Source of the DNA: a virus
Taxonomy: Duplodnaviria; Caudoviricetes
Strand: one strand, 5' to 3'
Length of the DNA: 25,690 bases
Virus record (IMG/VR): IMGVR_UViG_3300017774_000177
Coordinates: 1 to 25,690 of that record
Numbering within the stretch: the first letter of the stretch is position 1; the number at the start of each line of letters is the position of its first letter. Below are positions 1-8,732 of this stretch, one piece after another. The notes under the pieces were generated by a model. The model was given only the letters and a program-made list of their open reading frames with translations, ran no database searches and was not told the origin of the DNA. The position numbers and the translations under genes were made by a program.

Positions 1-201
1 GGCTACCCCGGGCTGGAGGGTGTAGGCCCTGTGACCGCTGCCAAGATCCTGAAGAAGGGTACTTGGGACGAGGTCATGGGTGCCTACGAGAAGGCTGGAT
101 TCACCATTGAGTATGCGTTGACACAGGCTAGATGTGCTAGAATTCTTCGATCTGGCGAGTATCGCTGGGACACTAAGGAGATCAAACTATGGACCCCATG
201 A
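1..201 (+). CDS. 5'-3' exonuclease, T7 gp6-like (C-terminal fragment; start lies outside the window)
   Basis: Not in the ORF track. Frame 1 translates to GYPGLEGVGPVTAAKILKKG...ALTQARCARILRSGEYRWDTKEIKLWTP*. It has the helix-turn-helix GxPGxxGVG motif and the ARILR...EY...KEI.LW.P ending typical of T7 gp6. Confidence 0.85.
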   Translation, partial: GYPGLEGVGPVTAAKILKKGTWDEVMGAYEKAGFTIEYALTQARCARILRSGEYRWDTKEIKLWTP

Positions 202-527
202 ACCGTTCTCGACTGCTGACCACCCACAAGGAACTGACTGACGAGGCCCGTGCCCTGTCAGAGCGTAAGAACCACGATTACTCCGGGGGCAAGGACGATA
301 CCCACCCCTTCCTCAACTTCACCCGCTGTGAGGCCATGGGGATCTGTAAGACTGAGGCTGGGATCATGGTCCGCCTGACGGACAAGATGAGCCGCCTGAG
401 TACCTTCATTACGACCGGGGAATTCAAGGTCAAGGACGAGGCTCTGCGCGATACCGTGCTGGACATCATCAACTATGTGGTGATCCTGTACGCCTATGTC
501 CAGTCCCAGAAGGAATCCGGGAAGTGA
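189..527 (+). CDS. DUF1599-like (nucleotide-modification-associated, all-alpha NTP pyrophosphatase-like) protein
   Basis: Motifs KNHDY, VRLTDKMSRL and DTVLDIINY. AAGGAG at 175-180 lies 8 nt before ATG 189; alternative start at 198 (ATGA overlap with the exonuclease stop). Confidence 0.65.
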   Translation: MDPMNRSRLLTTHKELTDEARALSERKNHDYSGGKDDTHPFLNFTRCEAMGICKTEAGIMVRLTDKMSRLSTFITTGEFKVKDEALRDTVLDIINYVVILYAYVQSQKESGK

Positions 528-736
528 ATAACGACATTTCTAAGGAGGCAAATACCCCAGTTCCAATAATTAAGTTGGAAATGCTGGGGTATCTCGACAA
601 GGTCTTCCCGGAAAAGTGTGCAATTCTGGGTGAGACACAGGACTCCATCTTCTATGCGGCTGGTCAACGATCTGTTGTTCGTTACCTGTTCCGGTTGTAT
701 GAAGAGCAGCAAGAACAGCAGTTCAAGAACTTCTAG
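524..736 (+). CDS. Conserved hypothetical podovirus protein (gp6.5-like position)
   Basis: GTGA overlap with the upstream stop; LDKVFPE...AGQRSVV pattern; usual position ahead of gp6.7 and portal. Confidence 0.65.
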   Translation: MNNDISKEANTPVPIIKLEMLGYLDKVFPEKCAILGETQDSIFYAAGQRSVVRYLFRLYEEQQEQQFKNF

Positions 737-744
737 GAGAAACT

Positions 745-957
745 ATGTGCTTTTTCAGCCGTCCCAGCGCACCTCCCCCGCCGCCCGCCCCTGAGATTAA
801 GTTGCCTGAGCCCCCAACTCCGGCGATTCAGGCGCAGCCCATGACGCAGAGCCGTCCCAAGACCTCAGCAGATGTCAATCCTCTGTTCAAGCGTCGTGGT
901 AAGAAGTCTCTGACGATCCAGATGGGCTCGACCTCCTCCTACACCCCGGGAATGTAA
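745..957 (+). CDS. T7 gp6.7-like small virion protein
   Basis: Begins MCF, Pro-rich, contains GKKSLTI; AGGAG SD at 736-740; abuts the portal gene. Confidence 0.65.
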   Translation: MCFFSRPSAPPPPPAPEIKLPEPPTPAIQAQPMTQSRPKTSADVNPLFKRRGKKSLTIQMGSTSSYTPGM

Positions 958-2490
958 ATGCCTGAAACTGGCAAGGCTCTGTACCTCCACTTGGAGAATC
1001 AGCGATACTCGTACCTTGAACGAGCCCGCGATTGCTCCCGTCTTACGCTTCCGCACCTGATGCCCGACGATGGGGATCAGCGGTCGCAGAAGTTCGTGAC
1101 CCCGTACCAGTCCATTGGTGCCCGTGGGGTGAACAACCTTGCTAGTGCCCTGCTCCTGTCCCTGCTGCCGCCCAACGCTCCGTTCTTCCGGTTTGTGATC
1201 GATCCGCAGGCCGCGAAGAACCTAGAGGCCCTGAATCCACGGGCCAAGGGCGAGGCTGAAAAGTCTCTGGCAGACATGGAGCGAATGATCGCCAAGGAGA
1301 TCGAAGTACTGAACATCCGGGTTTCGCTGTTTGAAGCCCTGAAGCAGTTGATCGTCTGTGGCAATGTCCTGCTGTACTTCCCCGATGACGGCCCCATGCG
1401 GGTCATCCGTCTGGACCGTTATGTGGTCAAGCGGGATCCCATGGGCCATGTCCGGAAGATCGTGATCAAGGAGACTGTGGCTCCTGCTGTACTGCCTCCT
1501 GAAGCAGCGGAGATTGCCAAGTCTTGTATGTGCAGCCACGAAGACACCGTGGATCTGTACACCTGTTGCCATGTGCTTCCGGATGGTAAGGTCGAGGTCT
1601 ACCAAGAGATTGGTGGGACCGTCCTTCCAGACAGCACCATTACCTACCCCGCAGAGCGGAACCCGTTCCTTGCCCTGCGTATGAACCGGGTGGATGGTGA
1701 GGACTATGGCCGCTCATATGTCGAGCAGTACTACGGGGACCTAGTTTCCCTAGATAGCCTGCGTAAGAGCATCGTGGAGGGCTCTGCGGCTGCGGCCAAG
1801 GTCCTGTTCCTGATCAACCCTGTCGGGACTACCCGGGCCAAGAAGGTCGCCCAGAGCCCCAATGGGGCCATCATTGAGGGCAACGCGGGGGATGTGACGG
1901 TGCTTCAGGTCAACAAGGCTGCTGACTTCAGCGTGGCCTTGCAGACCATGAACTCCATCAACGAGAGCCTGAGTTACGCCTTTCTACTGACTGAGGCTTC
2001 GATTCGGAACGCAGAGCGGGTTACGGCTGAAGAGATCCGGTTGGTGACCCAGAGTATCGAACGGCAACTTGGTGGCATCTACAGCCTCCTGTCGCAGGAA
2101 TTCCAGTTGCCGCTGGTCCAGCGCATTATGGATCGCATGATCAAGGCCAAGAAGATGCCTAAGATCGATAAGAAGTTTGTGACTCCAGCGATTGTGACTG
2201 GTGTCGATGCTCTTGGTCGTGGCAATGATCTGAACCGCCTTGATGTTTATCTTCAGGGAATTGGACAAATCTTGGGCCCGCAGGGACTTCAGCAGTATAT
2301 TGATCTGCGAGAGTACATGAACCGTCGTGCCGCTTCGCTTGGCATCGACACGGCGGGACTGGTCAAGACTGAAGAGCAAATTCAGCAGGAGCAGCAGGCG
2401 GCTATGCAGCAACAGATGCTCCAGCAGAACGCTCCGACGATGGTCCAGAGTGCTAGTCGAGTTGCCGAGCAGAGAGCCCTTGAACAGTAA
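958..2490 (+). CDS. gp8: Head-tail connector (portal), T7 gp8-like
   Basis: 510 aa; PYQSIGARGVNNLAS, GEDYGRSYVE, ERVTAEEIR, LGGIYSLLSQEFQLPLV, GVDALGRG. Confidence 0.97.
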   Translation: MPETGKALYLHLENQRYSYLERARDCSRLTLPHLMPDDGDQRSQKFVTPYQSIGARGVNNLASALLLSLLPPNAPFFRFVIDPQAAKNLEALNPRAKGEAEKSLADMERMIAKEIEVLNIRVSLFEALKQLIVCGNVLLYFPDDGPMRVIRLDRYVVKRDPMGHVRKIVIKETVAPAVLPPEAAEIAKSCMCSHEDTVDLYTCCHVLPDGKVEVYQEIGGTVLPDSTITYPAERNPFLALRMNRVDGEDYGRSYVEQYYGDLVSLDSLRKSIVEGSAAAAKVLFLINPVGTTRAKKVAQSPNGAIIEGNAGDVTVLQVNKAADFSVALQTMNSINESLSYAFLLTEASIRNAERVTAEEIRLVTQSIERQLGGIYSLLSQEFQLPLVQRIMDRMIKAKKMPKIDKKFVTPAIVTGVDALGRGNDLNRLDVYLQGIGQILGPQGLQQYIDLREYMNRRAASLGIDTAGLVKTEEQIQQEQQAAMQQQMLQQNAPTMVQSASRVAEQRALEQ

Positions 2491-3230
2491 TGAGTAATCA
2501 CCAGCAAGTTACGATTGTCCGAGACACCGCAGAAAGCAACAACGAAGTGGACGCTTTGGCTCAGGCCGCAGCAGAAGCACAGGGTACGGCTTCGGCCCAG
2601 ACTGAAACTCCGCAGTCGCGTCCTGAGTGGCTTCCCCAGAAGTTCCAGAGCCCCGAAGATCTCGCTAAGGCTTACGGCGAACTGGAAAAGAAGGTGGGAA
2701 CCAAGGAGGCTCCCAAGGCTGGCTTTGAGAACCTTGAGCAGTACTCGACCGAGTTCTACCAGAACGGTGACCTGAGCGACGAATCGATTCAGGCCATCAC
2801 CACCAACATGGGCATTCCGGAGCAGATCGTCCGGGCCTATGTGGATGGTCAGAAGGCCGTCATGGATCAGCAGTTCAGTTCTGTTATGGGCCTTGTTGGT
2901 GGCGAATCCCAGTACGAGGCCATGACTTCGTGGGCTGCTGAGAACCTGCCAGAGGACGAGGTTGATGCTTTCAACCAGATCATGGACAGCGGTAACCTCG
3001 GCACGATCAAGGTTGCCGTGCAGGGCCTGTGGGCTCGTTACGGTCAGACCAACGGCAACCCCGGAGTCAAGTTGATTCAGGGCGAAACCACGGGGCCGTC
3101 TGGTGGGGCCTTCCGCAGCGTTGCTGAGATCGTGCAGGCCATGAAGGATCCCCGGTACGCCAAGGACCCCGCGTATCGTTCGGATGTCGAGAAGCGGGTC
3201 GCCCTGTCTAACGCTATGGGAGTCCGCTAA
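2490..3230 (+). CDS. gp9: Capsid assembly scaffolding protein, T7 gp9-like
   Basis: RPEWLPQKF..PEDLAKAY.ELEKK, VGGE..Y..M..WA, C-terminal AMKDPRY..DPAYR..VE; acidic; TAATG coupling to portal. Confidence 0.93.
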   Translation: MSNHQQVTIVRDTAESNNEVDALAQAAAEAQGTASAQTETPQSRPEWLPQKFQSPEDLAKAYGELEKKVGTKEAPKAGFENLEQYSTEFYQNGDLSDESIQAITTNMGIPEQIVRAYVDGQKAVMDQQFSSVMGLVGGESQYEAMTSWAAENLPEDEVDAFNQIMDSGNLGTIKVAVQGLWARYGQTNGNPGVKLIQGETTGPSGGAFRSVAEIVQAMKDPRYAKDPAYRSDVEKRVALSNAMGVR

Positions 3231-3412
3231 TGAAGAAGAACCCGAAGACTACCGTCCTCGGCATTGCCACGATCCTGACCGCTGTTTCGTCGGCGGTGAT
3301 CGCCCTGCTGGATAATGACCCGGCCACCGTGTTTGATGTTGCATCGGTGATTGCTGCTGTTACCGCGGGTCTTGGCCTGATTCTTGCCAAGGATGCCGAC
3401 AAGGCGGCGTAA
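3230..3412 (+). CDS. Putative holin (60 aa, two transmembrane segments)
   Basis: Basic N-terminus, two hydrophobic stretches (TVLGIATILTAVSSAVIALL; VASVIAAVTAGLGLILA), charged tail AKDADKAA; TAATG-coupled on both sides. Confidence 0.6.
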   Translation: MKKNPKTTVLGIATILTAVSSAVIALLDNDPATVFDVASVIAAVTAGLGLILAKDADKAA

Positions 3413-3636
3413 TGGGTTGGATCTACCAACTGGTTACTTCGATCCTGCACTTCATTGAACGGCTTGCATCTAAGGAAGTCAAAGGTGAAAACGCTGATCC
3501 TAATGCTGGGGGCGTTCGTGATCGCTTCCGTAAGCGGGTGCAACAGCACCGTGATTCTGGTCCCTCCGGGAACGCCAGTTCAACTTGCGGAGCCTGTGAA
3601 AGCGCGGGTATTCGTTGTACAAAAGGACGGCACTAA
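3412..3636 (+). CDS. Hypothetical protein, possible i-spanin (Rz-like)
   Basis: TAATG-coupled to the holin candidate; N-terminal hydrophobic/amphipathic helix (only a weak TM); overlapped in another frame by a lipoprotein ORF. Confidence 0.4.
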   Translation: MGWIYQLVTSILHFIERLASKEVKGENADPNAGGVRDRFRKRVQQHRDSGPSGNASSTCGACESAGIRCTKGRH

Positions 3637-3730
3637 GGTGATGTCCTCCAACCGTGTGGAAATTCCTGCTGGTTGGTGGGTCGCTGATGTGCCAGAAGAC
3701 ACCGGGGAAATCCCGGCGGGAAGTCCATAA
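3485..3730 (+). CDS. Lipoprotein, putative o-spanin (Rz1-like)
   Basis: A GTG start at 3485 (AAGGA SD at 3472-3476) gives MKTLILMLGAFVIASVSG|C, a type II signal peptide with lipobox; Pro-rich mature part. Same frame as track ORF 3455..3730. Confidence 0.65.
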   Translation: MKTLILMLGAFVIASVSGCNSTVILVPPGTPVQLAEPVKARVFVVQKDGTKVMSSNRVEIPAGWWVADVPEDTGEIPAGSP

Positions 3731-3758
3731 CATCCCCTATAACTCCGGACTTCCCCTT

Positions 3759-3791
3759 GAGCCCATACGGTTTATTCCGGTGGGCTCTTTT
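3759..3791 (+). terminator. Putative intrinsic terminator after the lysis-like cassette
   Basis: GAGCCCA-ta-CGG-tttatt-CCG-g-TGGGCTC stem followed by TTTTCATTT. Confidence 0.6.
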
Positions 3792-3911
3792 CATTTCGTG
3801 GCTTTGGATGGGCCATGAAAAGGCTAAGGAATCTTGGCCCCTTGCGAGGGACAACCTTGAGGACTGGCTACTACAACCATCTATCGTGTCTCATACATAG
3901 GATTTTTTCTC

Positions 3912-4997
3912 ATGGCACTTTTTAATTCGCAGCCGTCGCGTATCGGCCAGTCGAACCTTGCGGGCGATACCGATGCTCTGTTCCTGAAGGTCTTCAGCGG
4001 TGAAATCATCACCACCTTTGAAGAAAACAATGTGATGATGCCGCTGCACCGTGTTCGCACGATCTCCAGCGGTAAGTCGGCCCAGTTCCCCCTCACGGGT
4101 ACGGCTGGTGCTGGTTACCACACCCCGGGTGAGAGCCTGCTCTCGACCCCCGCAACGCTGGTTACGGCTGGCGGTGGTTCGTATCCGGCGACTGGTTCTG
4201 ATTCCAAGTACCTCAAGAAGATCCGTCACGCTGAAAAGCAAATCTTCATTGACGATGTCCTTGTTTCGTCGGTGTTCGTTGCTGACATCGATGAGATGAA
4301 GAACCACTACGATGTCCGTTCGATCTATTCGACGGAAATCGGTCGTGCGCTTGCTTACGCCGCTGACAAGGCCCTGATTCGCACGGCCATCATCGGTGCC
4401 CGTAAGAGTACGGATCGCTTCGGTAACGCGGAAACCCGCTACCTTGGTGCCCAGCAGGGTACTGGTAGTACGGGTGACAACCTCGTTCAGGCTTTGTTCA
4501 ATATCGCTCAGAAGATGGACGAGAAGAATGTTCCGTCGAACGATCGTTATTGCATCCTGACCCCGGCGAAGTACTACTCGCTGGTGAATGGCGATTCGGA
4601 TGCAATCAACCGCGACTTCGGTAACGAAGGTAACGGTAGCACGGCCAGCGGTATGATCATGTCGGTCGCTGGTATCCGTATTCTGAAGAGCAACCACCTT
4701 CCGACTGCTGACGAAAGCGCAAGCACGGGTGGCGAGTCTGCTCTCTTCGGTAGCACGGGTGTTAAGAACGATGTCAGCGGTACTGCTAACGCTGGCTACT
4801 CAGGTGCTAACTTCACCGCGACCCGTGGTATCGCCTTCCAGCGTGAAGGTCTTGGTACGGTCAAGTTGATGGACCTGAGCGTTGAGAGCGAGTATGTCAT
4901 GGAGCGCATGGGCACCCTCATGGTTGCCAAGTACGCCATGGGTCACAGCACCCTGCGCGAAGAGTGCCTCTATGAACTTATCGACGCGGGTCTCTGA
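3912..4997 (+). CDS. gp10: Major capsid protein, T7 gp10-like
   Basis: ALFLKVFSGE, RTISSGKSAQFP, NHYDVRS.YS.EIG.ALA, KYAMGH..LR.E. Confidence 0.97.
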   Translation: MALFNSQPSRIGQSNLAGDTDALFLKVFSGEIITTFEENNVMMPLHRVRTISSGKSAQFPLTGTAGAGYHTPGESLLSTPATLVTAGGGSYPATGSDSKYLKKIRHAEKQIFIDDVLVSSVFVADIDEMKNHYDVRSIYSTEIGRALAYAADKALIRTAIIGARKSTDRFGNAETRYLGAQQGTGSTGDNLVQALFNIAQKMDEKNVPSNDRYCILTPAKYYSLVNGDSDAINRDFGNEGNGSTASGMIMSVAGIRILKSNHLPTADESASTGGESALFGSTGVKNDVSGTANAGYSGANFTATRGIAFQREGLGTVKLMDLSVESEYVMERMGTLMVAKYAMGHSTLREECLYELIDAGL

Positions 4998-5021
4998 GTC
5001 GAGTTGAGTCTGTGAGTTGAA

Positions 5022-5063
5022 AAGGGGGGATGGTTCCCTTAGTTGGGTTCCATCCCCTCTTTT
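5022..5063 (+). terminator. T-phi-like terminator after the major capsid gene
   Basis: GGGGATGG...CCATCCCC stem followed by TCTTTTGTTT; same position as T7 T-phi. Confidence 0.8.
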
Positions 5064-5078
5064 GTTTGAGGAACAATT

Positions 5079-5672
5079 ATGCCACTTACCAAGACAACCC
5101 GCCTTCAGGCCATCAACACGATGCTGAGTTCAATCGGTGAAAGCCCGATCAACAGTCTGAACACGCAGCGGGCCGATGCCCTGATTGCTACCTCGGTTCT
5201 TGATGAGATCACCCGGGAAGTCCTGTCTTACGGGTGGCACTTCAACACCTCGGTTGACATTGAGATGGTTCCTGAGACTGGGACTGGGTATATCTATGTC
5301 GCTGATTCGATTGTCCGGGTCGATGTCGATCCGATCAGCGGTCAGGATGTGTCTGTCCGTGGCAACCGCCTGTATAACAACAAGAATAACTCCTTTGTCT
5401 TCGATACCTCGCTGAAGACTGTTCAGGTGTATTTCTTGGAGTACGAGGAACTTCCTGAAGAGGCCCGACGCTATATTGCCATCCGGGCTGCTAGGGTGTT
5501 CCAAGATCGCGTTGTCGGCTCGGTCAAACTGCACTCTTTCACCCAGAGCGACGAAGTTCAGGCTTTGGCTAAACTGCAAGAGTACGAGATGGACACCGCT
5601 GACTTCAGCATCTTTGATTCCTACGATGTCGCTAGGACCTTTATCCGCCGTGGGTCTTACTGGGTCAACTGA
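5079..5672 (+). CDS. gp11: Tail tubular protein A, T7 gp11-like
   Basis: L.AIN.MLSSIGESPINSL, GWHFNT, ELPEEARRYI..RAAR.FQ; GAGGA SD. Confidence 0.93.
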   Translation: MPLTKTTRLQAINTMLSSIGESPINSLNTQRADALIATSVLDEITREVLSYGWHFNTSVDIEMVPETGTGYIYVADSIVRVDVDPISGQDVSVRGNRLYNNKNNSFVFDTSLKTVQVYFLEYEELPEEARRYIAIRAARVFQDRVVGSVKLHSFTQSDEVQALAKLQEYEMDTADFSIFDSYDVARTFIRRGSYWVN

Positions 5673-8200
5673 TGGTCTACATTCATACTCCGATTCCGAA
5701 TCTCATTGGTGGCGTTAGTCAGCAGCCTCCGACGATTCGGAATATCAATGAAGCCGACGCAATCACCAACGCCGTTCCATCTCCTGTGGAAGGCTTGATC
5801 AAGCGTCCTCCTACGGAGTTTGTTGCCGCAGTCAGGAACTCGCAGAACATCCTGCGTCAACCCAACAAGGCCGATGAGCCGTTCTTCCACCTGATTGAGC
5901 GAGATGCCAACGAGAAGTACATCATGTCCATCCTCAAGGACGGCACGGTGGACATCTTCGATCTTGCTGGTAATCGAAAGACGCTGTTTACGCAGCCCCA
6001 ATTTAGCGGGCTGGGGACTGCTGCGGCTACTGATCGGGTGGCGTTGACTATTGCTGATGTGACTTACATCCTCAATAAGACCGACACGCCCGCCCTGAAG
6101 AACACTACTTCAACGCAGTTTCCCACTAACTACAACCGTAATGCATTGGTCTGGGTGCGTCAGTCTAATTACGAGCGTGAACACAAAATCATCGTCACTT
6201 ACGGGGCAACGACGGTTACCGCTAATCACACCCCAGCAGGAAATAGCAGCCTAGGTACGAACCACGCGGCTGAAGAGTTGACCGACGAACTGAATAATAA
6301 TGCAAACCTAGCCAACACGATTCACAAGGACAGCGTCATTTGGATCAAAGCCGGAACAAACGATATCTCCGTCTTGACCGAAGATGACTTTGCTGGCGAA
6401 GGCTTGACGCTGATTATCGATGCCGTCGAGCGGTTTGAGGATCTTCCTCCGTGTGCCCCCGATGGATACATGGTTCGGGTAGCCGGAAGCCCTGAAGCCG
6501 ACTACGATGACTATTGGGTCAAATTTGAGGCTTTTAATGGCATCTCGTTTGGTCAGGGACTTTGGGTTGAAACGGTAGCCCCCGGTATCAAGTATGAAAT
6601 CGACCCCGCCACGATGCCGAAGATCTTGATCCGGCAGTCTGATGGCACCTTCATGCTGAAGGACGCTAATGGAACCACTCCCACGGTTGGCGACGGTCTT
6701 CCAACGGGTAGTTCGGCAACCCTGTATAACGACTTCAAGTGGTCTAATCGTCAGGCTGGTGATGAGGAAACCAACCCGGACCCATCATTCATCGGCACCA
6801 AGATCAACGACATGGTGTACTACCAGAGTCGGCTTGGGTTCATGGCTGGGGAAAACCTGATCTTCAGCGAAACCTCAGAGTTCTTTAACTTCTGGCGAAC
6901 CACGGTCCTTGATCTGCTGGACACCGATACGATTGATGTGGCCTCGTCGGCATCCAAGGTTGGCGTGATTGCCTCTGCAATTCCATTCAACCGGGACCTG
7001 ATCTTGTTCACCCCTACGAACCAAATGGTGATGCGTAGTGGCGATGTCTTCAGTCCCAAGAATGTTGCCATCCTGACTACGGGTGACTTTGAGAACCAAA
7101 GCAACCTAGTCAATCCCATTGCCACGGCCTCTTCGATCTTCTTCACCTACAACAACGGCGGCTATTCGGGTGTTCGTGAACTGATCCCACAGGCAAATAT
7201 CGATGGTTCTTACATTGCCAACGATCTGACCGACAATGTCTCCCGGTACATCGTAGGAACCCCCAAGCACATCGCTGCCACCTCACACGACAACATTGTC
7301 GTGCTGATTGCAAACGACGAGTTGTATTGCTATCGGTACTTGACTAGGGGTGATACTCGGGTCCAATCGGCTTGGTTCAAGTTCACCTTTGCTGACTCTT
7401 CGGGAATCACGGGTAACTACTGCAAGCCCCTGTGGTGTACCTTTGTCGAGTCGGATCTTTATGTCGTGTTCATGCGAACGGGAGCCACCGCCAGTACTGG
7501 CTACCTGACCATTGAGAAGATCCGCATGGGTGCTGGTCTGAATGACATCGTCACCAGCGGTAAGAACTGGATTACCCACCTTGATGCCCGTAAGTACTAT
7601 GCTTCTGGAAGTGCCAATCAAGGGGTCTATACGACCGCAACTAATAGTACTGCGTTCACCCTGCCAGCCCCCGTCTCATTCGCTACTGGAAAGATCTCAG
7701 TAGTTACCAAGGACGGCTATATCGCCAAGGTGATCGGCGGGAATCCCTACAACTCCCCCAATACGGGCGATCCGGGTAAGGTGGTGGTTGAAGGTAATTA
7801 CAGCAACAAGGATGTTTGGATCGGACTGCCGTACACCATGGAGTACCAGTTCTCGACTCAATATCTGAGATCGGGCTCCCAAGGAACTACTCCATCCGCG
7901 CTGATCAATGGTCGGTATCAACTGAAATATCTTGTTCTTCAGTTTGCGGATACTGGGTACTTTGAAGTAGTCTCTACGCTGGGTACTGAGAACCAGTTCT
8001 CATACCCGTTCACAGGAGAAGTTGTAGGGAGTGCTGTTCTTGGAACTCTGAACCTGACTACGGGTACTTTCAAGGTTCCCATCTACGGTCGAAACGACGC
8101 ACAGATTCTGAAGATCAGGAACAGTTCTCACCTCCCATCCAAGTTCTTGAGTGCTGAAATTGAAGGTGAGTTCACACGATTCCGCGAAGATGCTCGTTGA
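5672..8200 (+). CDS. gp12: Tail tubular protein B (nozzle), T7 gp12-like
   Basis: IPNLIGGVSQQP, GLIKRPP, W.ETVAPG, R.AGDEETNP.PSF, RLGF, FFNFWRTT, QSAW. Confidence 0.95.
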   Translation: MVYIHTPIPNLIGGVSQQPPTIRNINEADAITNAVPSPVEGLIKRPPTEFVAAVRNSQNILRQPNKADEPFFHLIERDANEKYIMSILKDGTVDIFDLAGNRKTLFTQPQFSGLGTAAATDRVALTIADVTYILNKTDTPALKNTTSTQFPTNYNRNALVWVRQSNYEREHKIIVTYGATTVTANHTPAGNSSLGTNHAAEELTDELNNNANLANTIHKDSVIWIKAGTNDISVLTEDDFAGEGLTLIIDAVERFEDLPPCAPDGYMVRVAGSPEADYDDYWVKFEAFNGISFGQGLWVETVAPGIKYEIDPATMPKILIRQSDGTFMLKDANGTTPTVGDGLPTGSSATLYNDFKWSNRQAGDEETNPDPSFIGTKINDMVYYQSRLGFMAGENLIFSETSEFFNFWRTTVLDLLDTDTIDVASSASKVGVIASAIPFNRDLILFTPTNQMVMRSGDVFSPKNVAILTTGDFENQSNLVNPIATASSIFFTYNNGGYSGVRELIPQANIDGSYIANDLTDNVSRYIVGTPKHIAATSHDNIVVLIANDELYCYRYLTRGDTRVQSAWFKFTFADSSGITGNYCKPLWCTFVESDLYVVFMRTGATASTGYLTIEKIRMGAGLNDIVTSGKNWITHLDARKYYASGSANQGVYTTATNSTAFTLPAPVSFATGKISVVTKDGYIAKVIGGNPYNSPNTGDPGKVVVEGNYSNKDVWIGLPYTMEYQFSTQYLRSGSQGTTPSALINGRYQLKYLVLQFADTGYFEVVSTLGTENQFSYPFTGEVVGSAVLGTLNLTTGTFKVPIYGRNDAQILKIRNSSHLPSKFLSAEIEGEFTRFREDAR

Positions 8201-8732
8201 TGTCCGCCTTTCACGATCAACCGATGCGGCCATAGTGGCCCACGATATGCGTCAGGCTGACCGGGACGAAGTAGCGGCTTGTAACGGCTTACCTCCTCAA
8301 GAGGCTCTGGAAATGGGCTACAGGCTGTCTACGGAGTGCTTTACGGTTGAGGCCCAGAGCAATGGGCTACCCTTGGCTATGTTTGGGTATCTTCTGGATC
8401 CAATTGGGGCTCGGGTCTGGATGTTGGGATCTGATCACCTGTTTGATTACAAGTGGGACTTCCTAAAAAAGTCTCGCAAGTGGGTGGACTATTTGCAGCA
8501 GCAAAGCCCCCTACTTTACAACCTAATTGACCAGCGCAACACCGTGCATATCAGGTGGCTGCAATGGCTTGATTTCAAATTTGTCCGAACTGTTCCCCAC
8601 TATGGGGTGCAGGGACTTCCATTCATTGAGTTTGTGAGGTGTCGAAATGTGTACATGGGAACTAGGAGTAGCAGCGGCAATCGGAGCAGCCTCCTCTGGA
8701 GCGCAACTGGCGGCACAGAACAAAGCGGCTAA
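8190..8732 (+). CDS. Internal virion protein A, T7 gp13-like (GNAT-like fold)
   Basis: MRQADRDEV, AMFG, VWMLGS, LYNLID.RNTVHIRWLQWLDF; likely ATG at 8190 overlapping the end of gp12. Confidence 0.75.
   Translation: MLVDVRLSRSTDAAIVAHDMRQADRDEVAACNGLPPQEALEMGYRLSTECFTVEAQSNGLPLAMFGYLLDPIGARVWMLGSDHLFDYKWDFLKKSRKWVDYLQQQSPLLYNLIDQRNTVHIRWLQWLDFKFVRTVPHYGVQGLPFIEFVRCRNVYMGTRSSSGNRSSLLWSATGGTEQSG

Noticed and set aside
3455-3484. Track start of the lipoprotein ORF at 3455 (likewise 8151, 22790 and 22920 for other genes)
   Set aside because: Downstream starts (3485, 8190, 22802, 22965) have better SD or coupling and, for 3485, give a canonical signal peptide.
3739-3746. ATAACTCC shared with 19374-19381 as a possible phage RNAP promoter
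   Set aside because: Only 8 nt, also occurs inside gp11 coding sequence, and the flanks do not align; no repeated 20-23 bp promoter found by eye.
3891-4697. 268-aa minus-strand ORF opposite the capsid gene (also 9234..9878, 11562..12128, 13560..14198 and other minus-strand ORFs)
   Set aside because: Antisense shadows of strongly codon-biased + strand genes; no motifs; all credible genes are on +.
4960-5078. T7 10A/10B-type frameshift extension of the capsid
   Set aside because: No clear slippery site near the stop, and a terminator follows within about 25 nt, leaving no room for an extension domain.
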